Notes: generated by a model from the sequence alone, not told the origin. Positions 1 to 8,736 are shown, counted from the first letter of the stretch. The stretch is DNA of 64,000 bases from an uncultured Bacteroidales bacterium (GCA_905233895.1 CAJOFL010000019.1:1799-65798), one strand, 5' to 3'. Numbers and translations are program-made.

Positions 1-73
1 TATATTGAAAAAATTTTATTAGGTATCTTTGGAGAGGATGGTGGGGGAGGGCAGGCATTTTTCGGCGAAAAGT

Positions 74-255
74 AGGCGTTGATCAGGCGTTGGTCAGGCG
101 TTGATCAGGCGAAGGTGGGGTAAACGAATTGAGAATTAGGGTGTTATAACGCTGTTTTTAAAAACTCGTTAAGATTTGTTAACAAAAAAGTGTTAAGAAA
201 TCTTAAATTTAAGACACCTTTGAATGGCGGGGCGGCGGATATTTTTTATTGTATA
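74..255 (+). repeat. Modular intergenic repeat, copy 1 (A-type tail). Three tandem 11-mers AGGCGTTGATC / AGGCGTTGGTC / AGGCGTTGATC, then AGGCGAAGGTGGGGT (core 74-121), then a tail of about 135 bp.
   Basis: Read directly from the sequence. The same core recurs at 9600, 31630, 42167 and 51286, always on the + strand. The tail matches copy 2 over about 180 bp with scattered mismatches. Confidence 0.85.
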
Positions 256-305
256 TTGGGTTTCAGCCTGTTGATATTTTTTTTTCGGAAGTGGCGATTT
301 TTTTG

Positions 306-313
306 TAATTTTG
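306..313 (+). promoter_or_regulatory. Candidate Bacteroidota sigma-A -7 box TAATTTTG upstream of dnaB
   Basis: Matches TAnnTTTG, 26 nt before the ATG at 339. The -33 region is only TTTC-like, so support is weaker. Confidence 0.45.
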
Positions 314-338
314 TAGTCGGAAAATCAGTCGAAATACA

Positions 339-1862
339 ATGCCAACTACCGATACAAAGCGCAGAAACAGAATGACATACGTGCAGGCGTTCGACCTCAA
401 CGGCAACACTCCCCCGCAGGCGGTGGCCCTTGAGGAGAGTGTCCTCGGGGCGTTGATGCTCAACCCCGCGGCCCTCATCAACTCCATCGACACGCTGCAT
501 GTGGAATATTTCTACAAAGAAGAGCATCAGGCCGTCTACCGAGCCATCCTGAAGTTGTTCCAGCAAAGCCAGCCGGTCGACCTGCTGACGGTGGTGGAGC
601 GGCTCCGCCTGGACGGCGAACTTGAGGCCGCCGGTGGCGCCTACGCCGTCTCGAAGCTGACGGAGAACGTGGTTTCCGCCGCTCATATAGAGTATCACAT
701 CCGTGTGCTCAGCGAGAAATACATCCAGCGCGAGATGATACGCATCTCGACGGAGACCATCCGCGAGGCCTACGACGAGACCACCGACGTGGTGAACCTC
801 CTCGACCAAACCGAGCAGCGCCTGATGGACATCAACGACAAGAACTTCCGTTCGGACTATCATCCTATGGGTGACTTCGTTACGCTGGCCATGGACAAGA
901 TAGACGAGGCCTCGAAGAAGGACGACGGCCTCAGCGGACTGGAGAGCGGATTCATCGGACTCGACCGTGTGACCGCTGGTTTCCAGCCCGGTACTCTCAT
1001 CATCCTCGCCGCCCGTCCGGCCATGGGTAAGACGGCATGCGCCCTCTCGATGGCCCGTAACATGGCTGTGGACTTCAAGAAACCGGTGGCGTTCTTCTCG
1101 CTCGAGATGACCGGCGACGAGCTTGCCATGCGCCTTATCTCCAGCGAGGCCCGTATCCCTGGCGACGTTCTCAAGAAGGGCCGCCTCACCAACGAACAGA
1201 AAGAGATGCTCAAACGCGGCGCCCAGTCGCTCCAAGGTGCCCCGATATATATCGACGACACTCCGCAGCTTACCATCTTCGAGCTCCGAGCCAAGGCCCG
1301 CCGCCTGAAGCAGCGCTTCGACATACAGATGATATTCATTGACTACCTGCAACTTATGTCGTCCGGTACCGCCGAGAACCGCAACGGTAACCGCGAGCAG
1401 GAAATCTCGATGATTTCGCGACAGCTCAAAGCCCTCTCGAAGGAGTTGAACATACCGGTGTTGGCCATGTCGCAGTTAAGCCGCGCCGTGGAGAACCGAG
1501 TGGGCAACAAGCCGCAGTTGAGCGACTTGCGAGAGTCGGGCGCCATCGAGCAGGATGCTGATATTGTCATGTTTATCTACCGTCCGGAATACTACCATAT
1601 CGACGAGGATGCCAAAGGTTCCACCGCCGGTATGGCCGACATCATCATAGCCAAGCACCGCTCGGGTGCCACCGACGAGGTGCGACTGCGCTTCGTCAAG
1701 GAGTTCGCCCGATTCGACAATCCTGTGATTGAGGGTCTTGGAGGCCTGGCCGCCGGTGGCGGAATGCAGCCCAACAGTGGCTTCGACCAGGGTGGCAACA
1801 TGATTGTCGATTCGAAAATGAACGATGAAAACTTTACGGCCGACCCTGACGAGCCGTTCTAA
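339..1862 (+). CDS. dnaB: Replicative DNA helicase DnaB
   Basis: 507 aa. N-terminal DnaB domain (PPQAVALEESVLGALMLNP), Walker A (ARPAMGKT), and SLEM / DYLQLM / QLSR motifs. Confidence 0.95.
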   Translation: MPTTDTKRRNRMTYVQAFDLNGNTPPQAVALEESVLGALMLNPAALINSIDTLHVEYFYKEEHQAVYRAILKLFQQSQPVDLLTVVERLRLDGELEAAGGAYAVSKLTENVVSAAHIEYHIRVLSEKYIQREMIRISTETIREAYDETTDVVNLLDQTEQRLMDINDKNFRSDYHPMGDFVTLAMDKIDEASKKDDGLSGLESGFIGLDRVTAGFQPGTLIILAARPAMGKTACALSMARNMAVDFKKPVAFFSLEMTGDELAMRLISSEARIPGDVLKKGRLTNEQKEMLKRGAQSLQGAPIYIDDTPQLTIFELRAKARRLKQRFDIQMIFIDYLQLMSSGTAENRNGNREQEISMISRQLKALSKELNIPVLAMSQLSRAVENRVGNKPQLSDLRESGAIEQDADIVMFIYRPEYYHIDEDAKGSTAGMADIIIAKHRSGATDEVRLRFVKEFARFDNPVIEGLGGLAAGGGMQPNSGFDQGGNMIVDSKMNDENFTADPDEPF

Positions 1863-1875
1863 TACCCATCCGCAA

Positions 1876-3177
1876 ATGTTAGCAGAAGAGACCAGAAAAC
1901 AGATTGCCGATATACTTCACCTCGAGGTGGTACCCGCCATGGGCTGTACCGAACCCGGTGCGGTGGCCCTGTGTGTGGCCAAAGCGCGTGAAGTGCTTGG
2001 CAGTGAACCGGATTCCATAGTGCTCAAGCTGAGCAAAAATGTGTTCAAGAACGTCATGGGCGTGGGTATTCCCGGCACAGGTATGATAGGCCTTCCGATT
2101 GCTGTTGCCATGGCTGTGGTCCATGGCCGTACGGAACGCGGGCTGGAAGTGCTGGCCCAGCAGCCGGCCGAGGTTGAGGATGCTAAGCGCTGGCTCGCCA
2201 ACAAGGCAGGCTGTATCGACATCGGAGTGAAAGAAACTGCCGACAAACTCTATATCGAATGCACCGCCAGGGCGGGGGAAGACCGTGCTGTGGCAGTCAT
2301 CTCGCACCGGCATAACAACTTCGTCTTCGTCTGCCGTAACGACCAGGTGCTCCTCGACCGCAAGCAGGGCCTGTTCCAAGTGGTTGAGGAAGACTCCAAT
2401 CCCGACGAGGAGAACCGTCAGCAGTTGGAACTCACCGCGCGGATGGTATACGACTATGCCACTCTCACTCCGCTGGAAGAGCTTGAATTTATGCGTGATA
2501 CTGTCAAGCTGAATGCTGCTGCATCGGAGGCCGGCCTGGCCGGTATGGGGCTCCATACGGGTGAAATTCTTATGGAACAATCGTCGGGCGACACGGTGCA
2601 TACCGTCGTGGCACGTACAGTGGCCGCCAGCGACGCCCGCATGGATGGCTGCACGTTGCCCGTATATTCAAACTCAGGCTCTGGCAACCAGGGTATTGCC
2701 TGCACGTTGCCACCCTACTACTATGGTACGCTCAAAGGATGTGACGACGAGCGGATACTGCGCGCAGTGGTGATGAGCCACCTGATGTCCATCTATATCA
2801 AGCGAGGAATCGGCCGTTTGAGTGCCCTCTGCGGCATTGTGAACGCCACCATGGGTGTGAGTGCCGCCCTCACATACCTGGAGGGTGGCGGTTTCGAACA
2901 GGTCTGCTACGCTATGAAAAACATGATTAACACCATCGCCGGCATGGTCTGCGACGGTGCTAAACCCAGTTGTGCCCTCAAGATGAGCGTCGGTCTCTAC
3001 TCCGCCTTCGTATGCTCGGAACTGGCAGTACACGACAGGGTTGTGGACCGTACCGACGGTCTCAGCGAAAGCGACATCGACTGCTCTATCCGCAACCTCG
3101 GCCGTCTCGGCAAGGAAGGCATGTGCCAGACCGACGACTGCATCCTCGACATCATGACCCACAAGCGCGATGCCTGA
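1876..3177 (+). CDS. UPF0597 / YhaM-type serine-dehydratase-like protein (L-cysteine desulfidase family)
   Basis: Family N-terminus LEVVPAMGCTEPGAVALCVAKARE. The ATG at 1876 is preferred over the track start at 1825, which overlaps the dnaB 3' end. Confidence 0.75.
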   Translation: MLAEETRKQIADILHLEVVPAMGCTEPGAVALCVAKAREVLGSEPDSIVLKLSKNVFKNVMGVGIPGTGMIGLPIAVAMAVVHGRTERGLEVLAQQPAEVEDAKRWLANKAGCIDIGVKETADKLYIECTARAGEDRAVAVISHRHNNFVFVCRNDQVLLDRKQGLFQVVEEDSNPDEENRQQLELTARMVYDYATLTPLEELEFMRDTVKLNAAASEAGLAGMGLHTGEILMEQSSGDTVHTVVARTVAASDARMDGCTLPVYSNSGSGNQGIACTLPPYYYGTLKGCDDERILRAVVMSHLMSIYIKRGIGRLSALCGIVNATMGVSAALTYLEGGGFEQVCYAMKNMINTIAGMVCDGAKPSCALKMSVGLYSAFVCSELAVHDRVVDRTDGLSESDIDCSIRNLGRLGKEGMCQTDDCILDIMTHKRDA

Positions 3178-3243
3178 GGGGTGCTAACCGCAGGTTGTTG
3201 ATAACTTTATTGTTGCATGGCATCCCGATTGAAAAAAAATATA

Positions 3244-3251
3244 TATTTTTG
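3244..3251 (+). promoter_or_regulatory. Candidate -7 box TATTTTTG upstream of the PUR-like gene
   Basis: Matches TAnnTTTG, 33 nt upstream of the ATG at 3284. No clean -33 TTTG. Confidence 0.4.
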
Positions 3252-3283
3252 CAGCCCGAAATAGTAATAAAACAAACAGAGAA

Positions 3284-3622
3284 ATGGATTACCAAGAGCA
3301 AAGAAAAGAAGAACTCTACAGCCAGGTCATTCCTGCCGGCAAACGTAGATATTTCTTCGATGTGAAAGAGACACGCGGTGGTGACAAGTTTATTACCATT
3401 ACCGAAAGTCGCAAGCTTTTCGACAACAAGACCGGAGAGTTCTACATCGACAAAAACAAGATGTTCCTCTACAAGGAAGACTTCGAGAAATTCCGCAAGG
3501 GGCTTGAGAATGCCCTTTCGTTTATTGAAACCGGTGTGGAGCCTGAGCCCGTCGTTCCCGACGACTTTTTCCGTCGCGAAGACACCGATGCCCGCCTCGA
3601 TGAGATAGATTTCAAGTTCTAA
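3284..3622 (+). CDS. PUR-alpha-like nucleic-acid-binding protein (DUF3276 family)
   Basis: 112 aa. The motif AGKRRYFFDVKETRGGDKFITITESRK is typical of the Bacteroidota PUR-like family. Confidence 0.7.
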   Translation: MDYQEQRKEELYSQVIPAGKRRYFFDVKETRGGDKFITITESRKLFDNKTGEFYIDKNKMFLYKEDFEKFRKGLENALSFIETGVEPEPVVPDDFFRREDTDARLDEIDFKF

Positions 3623-3635
3623 CCGCCCGACCGAT

Positions 3636-4406
3636 ATGGGAAAAATAATTGCAATAGCCAACCAGAAAGGCGGCGTGGGCAAGACTACGACAGCCGTCAA
3701 CCTCTCGGCTTCGCTTGCCGTGCTCGAGAAGAAGGTTCTCTTGGTGGATTGTGACCCGCAGGCCAACGCCACCTCCGGTCTCGGCATCGACCCCGACAGC
3801 CTAGAGAAGAGCGTCTACGAATGCATCCTCGGCCAGGCCAATGTCGCCGACATCATTGTCGAGACCGACACGCCCAACCTCGACCTTGTTCCAACCCGCA
3901 TCGACCTTGTCGGTGCCGAGGTGGAACTTATCAACGAGAAGGGTCGCGAAAGTTTCCTTGCTCGAGCCCTTGATACAGTCAAGGATCGCTATGATTTTGT
4001 CATTATAGACTGCTCGCCCTCGCTCGGACTTATAACCATCAACGCCCTTACGGCTGCCGACTCGGTGATTATCCCTATTCAGAGCGAGTACTTCGCCCTC
4101 GAAGGGCTCGGCAAACTGCTCAATACTGTGCGTATTGTGCAGACCCGTCTTAACCCGCGCCTCTCAATAGAGGGCCTGCTCATCACCATGTACGATAACC
4201 GTCTGCGCCTGGCTCGCCAGGTGGTGGAGGATGTGCGTGGCCATTTCAAGGACATGGTGTTCGATACCCTTATCTTCCGCAACACCAAATTGGCCGAGGC
4301 TCCTTCCTATGGCAAGAGTATCATTATGCATGATGTCGCTTCGACTGGTGCTGTCAACTATCTCAACCTTGCCCAGGAAATCCTGCGGCGTAACAAAATG
4401 TTGTAA
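3636..4406 (+). CDS. parA: Chromosome partitioning ATPase ParA/Soj
   Basis: Deviant Walker A NQKGGVGKTTTAVNL, and family-typical sequence along the full length. Confidence 0.95.
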   Translation: MGKIIAIANQKGGVGKTTTAVNLSASLAVLEKKVLLVDCDPQANATSGLGIDPDSLEKSVYECILGQANVADIIVETDTPNLDLVPTRIDLVGAEVELINEKGRESFLARALDTVKDRYDFVIIDCSPSLGLITINALTAADSVIIPIQSEYFALEGLGKLLNTVRIVQTRLNPRLSIEGLLITMYDNRLRLARQVVEDVRGHFKDMVFDTLIFRNTKLAEAPSYGKSIIMHDVASTGAVNYLNLAQEILRRNKML

Positions 4407-4412
4407 AGACCT

Positions 4413-5288
4413 ATGGCAATCAAAAAGACAGGCGGACTGGGCCGCGGACTGGGCTCCATACTTCCCGACATCGACCTCGATGCCGCCAAAGGAGGCACAG
4501 TTGCCGCCGCCATCAGCGAGATACCCCTGGCCAAAATAACGGCCAACCCTTACCAGCCCCGCAAGGAGTTCGATGAGGAAGCCCTTGACGAGTTATCGCA
4601 GAGCATCCGCCAGCAGGGCGTCATAACCCCTATCACTGTGCGCCGTATGCCCGACGGCACCTACCAGATTATAGCCGGTGAGCGGCGTGTACGCGCTTCG
4701 CGTATGGCCGGTCTCAAGGAAATTCCGGCCTATATCCGTGTTGCTACCGACACGCAGATGATGGAGATGGCCCTTATTGAGAATATCCAGCGTTCCGACC
4801 TCAATGCGATGGAGGTGGCGTTGGGATACAAGGCCCTACTTGAGGAGTGCCGTCTCACTCACGACCAGCTTAGCGAAAGGGTGGGGAAGAACCGTTCCAC
4901 CATTACCAACTACCTCCGTCTGCTCAACCTCCCTGCCGAGACTCAGTTGGCTTTGAGCACTGATAAGATTAGCATGGCACATGCGCGTGCGTTGGCTGGC
5001 GTAGAGGATGTTGAGCGGCATCTGGAGATATTGCACCTCGTTATCGACCGTGGTCTCTCGGTCCACCAGACCGAGCAGATGGTGAAAACCGCCAAGCAGC
5101 CTGTGGCCAGGCCGGTGCAGCGACGTGGCGACCTGCCCAAGCAGCATACCGACGCCCGCGACCGTCTCAAGCAGCGCCTGCAGTCGGTGGTGGAAATCAA
5201 GCGTTCGCAGCGCGGCAAAGGCACTCTGACCATCGCCTTCAATTCCGATGCCGACTTCGAGCGCATAATGAAATTGCTGGAGAAGTGA
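4413..5288 (+). CDS. parB: Chromosome partitioning protein ParB/Spo0J
   Basis: ParB box IAGERRVRASRMAGL, an HTH region, and position immediately after parA. Confidence 0.95.
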   Translation: MAIKKTGGLGRGLGSILPDIDLDAAKGGTVAAAISEIPLAKITANPYQPRKEFDEEALDELSQSIRQQGVITPITVRRMPDGTYQIIAGERRVRASRMAGLKEIPAYIRVATDTQMMEMALIENIQRSDLNAMEVALGYKALLEECRLTHDQLSERVGKNRSTITNYLRLLNLPAETQLALSTDKISMAHARALAGVEDVERHLEILHLVIDRGLSVHQTEQMVKTAKQPVARPVQRRGDLPKQHTDARDRLKQRLQSVVEIKRSQRGKGTLTIAFNSDADFERIMKLLEK

Positions 5289-5812
5289 GCAGCCGAAGGG
5301 TCCATATAGGTCTAATAGGTCTTATAATTATATGTCTTATAGGGGCCCACAATCGTGTCTCCGCCCAGGAACATTCGGCCATGAAGGCCATGTGCTGGTC
5401 GTTGATTCCCGGCGGCGGACAGATTTATAACCATCAGGCGTGGAAGATCCCCATCATCTATGGCAGTTTTGCGGCGATGGGCTATTTCATCAACTACAAC
5501 TACCAGAAGATGGCGATGTTCAAGGAGGAATTCCTTTATCGCGAGAACCACAATGACATGCCCGCCCTCGAGGCCTATTCGTCATATCCCACCAGCAACA
5601 TCTACAGCCTCTACAATTCCTATAACCGAGATTTCCAACTTATGGTGATTATCACCGTGGGCATCTACGCGCTTAACCTGGTAGACGCCTATGTGTTCGG
5701 TCACCTGTTTGATTTCAGGGTCGATGACGATTTGAGTCTCAACCTCACCCCCTCGCTCGTGCCCGACCCGTCGGGATTCCACCCCTCGTTGGGGCTCACA
5801 TTCAGTTTCTAG
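5285..5812 (+). CDS. DUF5683 domain membrane protein
   Basis: Motif SLIPGGGQIYNHQAWKIPIIYG. GTG start at 5285 overlaps the parB stop. The N-terminal hydrophobic segment is encoded by a short tandem repeat (5306-5343). Confidence 0.7.
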   Translation: MSSRRVHIGLIGLIIICLIGAHNRVSAQEHSAMKAMCWSLIPGGGQIYNHQAWKIPIIYGSFAAMGYFINYNYQKMAMFKEEFLYRENHNDMPALEAYSSYPTSNIYSLYNSYNRDFQLMVIITVGIYALNLVDAYVFGHLFDFRVDDDLSLNLTPSLVPDPSGFHPSLGLTFSF

Positions 5813-5851
5813 CAAATAACAGAAAAAATAACAAAATAACACATTCAAGCA

Positions 5852-6542
5852 ATGATCAAACATCTTCTTTTCCTGCAGGCCGACCCGGCCACAACCATCG
5901 ACACCCTTGCTGGCGCCGTAACCACCTCGTCGCCCGAGCGCGTCACCCTCTGGGATATGGCCCTCAACGGCGGCTGGATTATGCTTCTGCTGGCCCTGCT
6001 ACTGGTGCTGGCAATCTACATCTTCATCGAGCGCTACCTCACCCTCAACGGTGCCTTGAAGGGCAAGGAGGACAGTGAGTTTATGGAGCGCATCCGCCAG
6101 TATGTCCATGAGGGCAATGTCGATGGTGCGCGCCAGCTGGCCAAAGAGACCGCCACCCCGCTTGGCCGTATGATAAGCAAGGGCTTCTCGCGCCTGGGCC
6201 GTCCGTTGCCCGACATCCAGGCCGCTATAGAGAACGAAGGCCAACTTGAAGTGGCCAACCTCGAGAAGCATGTCTCGCTTGTGGCTACCGTGGCCTCGCT
6301 CGGCCCGATGATTGGTTTCCTCGGTACCGTGGTGGGTATGAGCCTATGCTGGCAACAACATCGACATTCAGATGCTCGCCTCGGGTATCTACACCGCTAT
6401 GGTGACAACCGTGGGTGGCCTTATCGTCGGTATCGTGTGCTACTTCCTCAACAACCTGCTGGTCAACCGTATCAACAAGGTCGTTTTCGAGCTTGAGGTG
6501 CGCGCCAACGAGTTTATGGACCTCCTGCACGAGCCGGCATAA
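5852..6542 (+). pseudogene. exbB: MotA/TolQ/ExbB proton-channel protein, frame-disrupted at about 6341
   Basis: The frame from 5852 is family-like up to LGPMIGFLGTVVGM (6340). It then becomes unrelated sequence ending at 6496. The frame from 6342 gives AYAGNNIDIQMLASGIYTAMVTTVGGLIVGIVCYF...EFMDLLHEPA with a stop at 6540-6542. Total span is 691 nt (3n+1). Confidence 0.8.
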
Positions 6543-6597
6543 TGCCTGATTGCCTTGCCCTAAAAGTCCTTAAAGTCCTTAATGCCTTTAATGTACT

Positions 6598-7014
6598 ATG
6601 ATTAGAAGTCAAAATAAAATAAAGGTAGAGACCAACTCGTCGAGCATGAGCGACCTGGTGTTCCTGTTGCTTATCTTCTTCATGATAACGTCGACGCTCA
6701 TCAGCCCCAACGCCGTCAAACTGCTGCTGCCCGAGAGCAACAGCAAGACGATGGCCCGCGAGACGGTTACGGTCTATATCGACGAGAACCATAATTTCTT
6801 TGTCGACAACGACGTGCCTATAGCGGTCGACGAACTGGAGTCGTTTATTCGCACCAGTATCGGCACCGAGGTTGACGATGCCTGTGTCACCCTGAGGGCC
6901 GACAAGAATGTGCCGGTGCAGGATGTGGTGCAGGTGATTGATGCCGTCAACAGCATCAATGCCTCGACAGGCGCGAAACACAAGGTTATCCTCGCAACAT
7001 CACCCAAGCAATGA
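6598..7014 (+). CDS. exbD: Biopolymer transport protein ExbD/TolR
   Basis: 138 aa. Motif SSMSDLVFLLLIFFMITST plus an ExbD periplasmic domain. Lies between exbB and tonB. Confidence 0.9.
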   Translation: MIRSQNKIKVETNSSSMSDLVFLLLIFFMITSTLISPNAVKLLLPESNSKTMARETVTVYIDENHNFFVDNDVPIAVDELESFIRTSIGTEVDDACVTLRADKNVPVQDVVQVIDAVNSINASTGAKHKVILATSPKQ

Positions 7015-7735
7015 ACAACAAGTTTATATCGGGTATATGCACCGCGGTAATCATGCTTCTGGTTGCCCTGGTGCTCATATCCTTCGGTTATGACCCGCCC
7101 GACCCGCCGATACCCGAAGAGGGTGTCGAGGTGAATATCGGCAACAGCGACTTCGGCAGTGGCGACGACCCTCAGCCGGCCAGTGAGCCGGTGCAGCAGA
7201 CGGCTGCCGCAAGCCCCAATCGTATTGCCACCCAGAACAGCGAGCCCACTCCGTCGCTCGACGCCAGTCAGAACCAGGGCAATACCGTGGCTCCGCAGCC
7301 TGCCGAGCAGCCTGTGGCCATGCCCAAAGAGCCGGAAATCAACCGCAATGCCCTCTTCCCCGGCAGGCGCAACCAATCGAGCGGAAGCGGCAGCCAGGGG
7401 CAGTCGACCGGCAGTGGCGACCAAGGGAAGCCCAATGGTACGCAGACTAGCAACAACTACAACGGCAACGGTGGCGGCAACGGCAACTTCTCGCTTGCCG
7501 GCCGCAGCAGTGTGGCTCTCCCGCGTCCGGAGTATAGCTCGAACAATCAGGGCACCGTGGTGGTGTCGATTTGGGTCGACCGTCAGGGTAAGGTGACGCG
7601 CGCCGAGTACAAAAAATTCTTGGAGATGACATCGTCAGCCAGGCCATAAGCGCAGCCCGCAAGGCCCGCTTCAACGCCGATGCCGCCGCTCCTGAGGAAC
7701 AGAAGGGCACCATCACTTATATCTTCAAGATATGA
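7011..7735 (+). pseudogene. tonB: Energy transducer TonB-family protein, frameshifted at an A6 run (7611-7616)
   Basis: N-terminal TM segment, Pro/Gly/Ser/Asn-rich linker, then the start of the TonB C-domain GTVVVSIWVDRQGKVTRAEY. The in-frame stop is at 7647. After the A run, another frame reads KILGDDIVSQAISAARKARFNADAAAPEEQKGTITYIFKI with a stop at 7733-7735. Span is 725 nt (3n+2). Confidence 0.75.
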
Positions 7736-8103
7736 GGCTCGACAAGTACCTCTGGGCCGTGCGCCTCTACAAGACACGTTCTCTCGCAGCCGAGGCCTGC
7801 CAATGTGGCAAGGTTACCATGACGGCCGACGGACGTGAACTTAAGCCTGCGCACGACGTGAAGGTTGGCGAGCGCTATAGCCTCAATATCGACCAGCTTC
7901 ACAAGGAGGTAGAGGTACTTGCATTGCCGCCCAACCGCGTGGGAGCACCGCTGGTGCAGGGCTTCATGATTGACCGTACCCCCCAGGAGGAATACGAGCG
8001 CATACAGATGGCGCGCCAGTATGCCTTCGAGAAACGCGACCGTGGAGTGGGTCGCCCCACCAAGCGCGACCGCCGCGACATAGAGCGTTTCAAATACGAA
8101 TAA
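7732..8103 (+). CDS. hslR: S4-domain RNA-binding heat-shock protein 15 (HslR-like)
   Basis: MRLDKYLWAVRLYKTRSLA S4 motif, 123 aa. ATGA overlap with the tonB stop in the shifted frame. Confidence 0.85.
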   Translation: MRLDKYLWAVRLYKTRSLAAEACQCGKVTMTADGRELKPAHDVKVGERYSLNIDQLHKEVEVLALPPNRVGAPLVQGFMIDRTPQEEYERIQMARQYAFEKRDRGVGRPTKRDRRDIERFKYE

Positions 8104-8178
8104 AAGGTAATTTTCCGAAAAAATAAATATTTTTCCTGGAAAGATTGCAATAAATCAATTCTTCGCAGTACAAATACA

Positions 8179-8736
8179 TTGAACTCGAGCCGAGTGGAAG
8201 AGAAAGAAATAGTAGAGGCCGTGCTGGCCGGCAAGACCGAGCTTTACGCCGAGATTGTCAAACGCTATCAGCAGATAGTGGCAAACCTGACTTACAAGCT
8301 CTGTGGCAACAAACTGGAAGTGGAGGAAGTGACCCAGCAGGTCTTCGTCGAGCTCTATACCGCCCTGCCGCGATTCCGCTTCGACTCGAAGTTGAGCTCT
8401 TTCATCTACAGCATCACCGTCAACGTCGTCTGCAAGATGATGGGCCGGCAGCGCCGGTTCGTCTCCTCCGACAGACAAGATGACGACGACTACCGCCCCG
8501 AGACGCCCTCGCCCGACCTCAACGTGGAGCAGCAGATTATCCGCCAGGAACAGCTCGCCCAGCTCCGCGCAGCCATCGGACGGCTCAAGAGCGAACAGCG
8601 CACCGCGCTGGTGCTCTACACCTACGAGGACTTCTCCTACCTGCAGATAGCCGAGGTGATGCAGTGCAGTCTGAGCAAAGTGGAAAGCCTGATTTTCCGC
8701 GCAAAGAAGAACTTGGCAAAAGAACTGAAACAATGA
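8179..8736 (+). CDS. RNA polymerase ECF-type sigma-70 factor
   Basis: Region 2 (QQVFVELYTALPRFRFDSKLSSFIYSITVN) and region 4 (ALVLYTYEDFSYLQIAEVMQCSLSKVESLIFRAKKNL). The start is ambiguous: TTG at 8179 or GTG at 8194. Confidence 0.9.
   Translation: MNSSRVEEKEIVEAVLAGKTELYAEIVKRYQQIVANLTYKLCGNKLEVEEVTQQVFVELYTALPRFRFDSKLSSFIYSITVNVVCKMMGRQRRFVSSDRQDDDDYRPETPSPDLNVEQQIIRQEQLAQLRAAIGRLKSEQRTALVLYTYEDFSYLQIAEVMQCSLSKVESLIFRAKKNLAKELKQ

Noticed and set aside
74-121. Could the tandem 11-mers be CRISPR repeats or a coding microsatellite?
   Set aside because: The units are contiguous with no spacers and are only 11 bp long. There are three per site. No cas genes are present, and stops occur in all frames.
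1-338. A replication origin near dnaB, or near dnaN at 22000-22083.
   Set aside because: I found no cluster of DnaA boxes (TTATCCACA / TGTGGATAA) and no dnaA gene. The AT-rich stretches are explained by promoters and the repeat-element tail. GC skew was not computed.
246-1352. A long antisense ORF (368 aa) opposite dnaB. Similar shadow ORFs lie opposite other genes: 1879-2601, 14135-16123, 16930-18249, 24699-25562, 32432-33412, 35233-36345, 39941-41360, 42237-43316, 43825-44820, 55233-56189, 57278-58582, 61927-62769 and 63250-63936.
   Set aside because: Each lies fully inside a gene on the other strand that has a clear family signature. Their translations are low-complexity (rich in G, V, A, H, R and L), as expected for antisense frames of GC-rich codon-biased genes. 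None has a recognisable motif or start context.
3636-5288. A parS site (TGTTNCACGTGAAACA type) in or near parAB.
   Set aside because: Only half-site-like strings were seen elsewhere in the window (for example TGTTTCAC near 22386). There is no 16-bp palindrome in or around parAB, so I cannot support a call.
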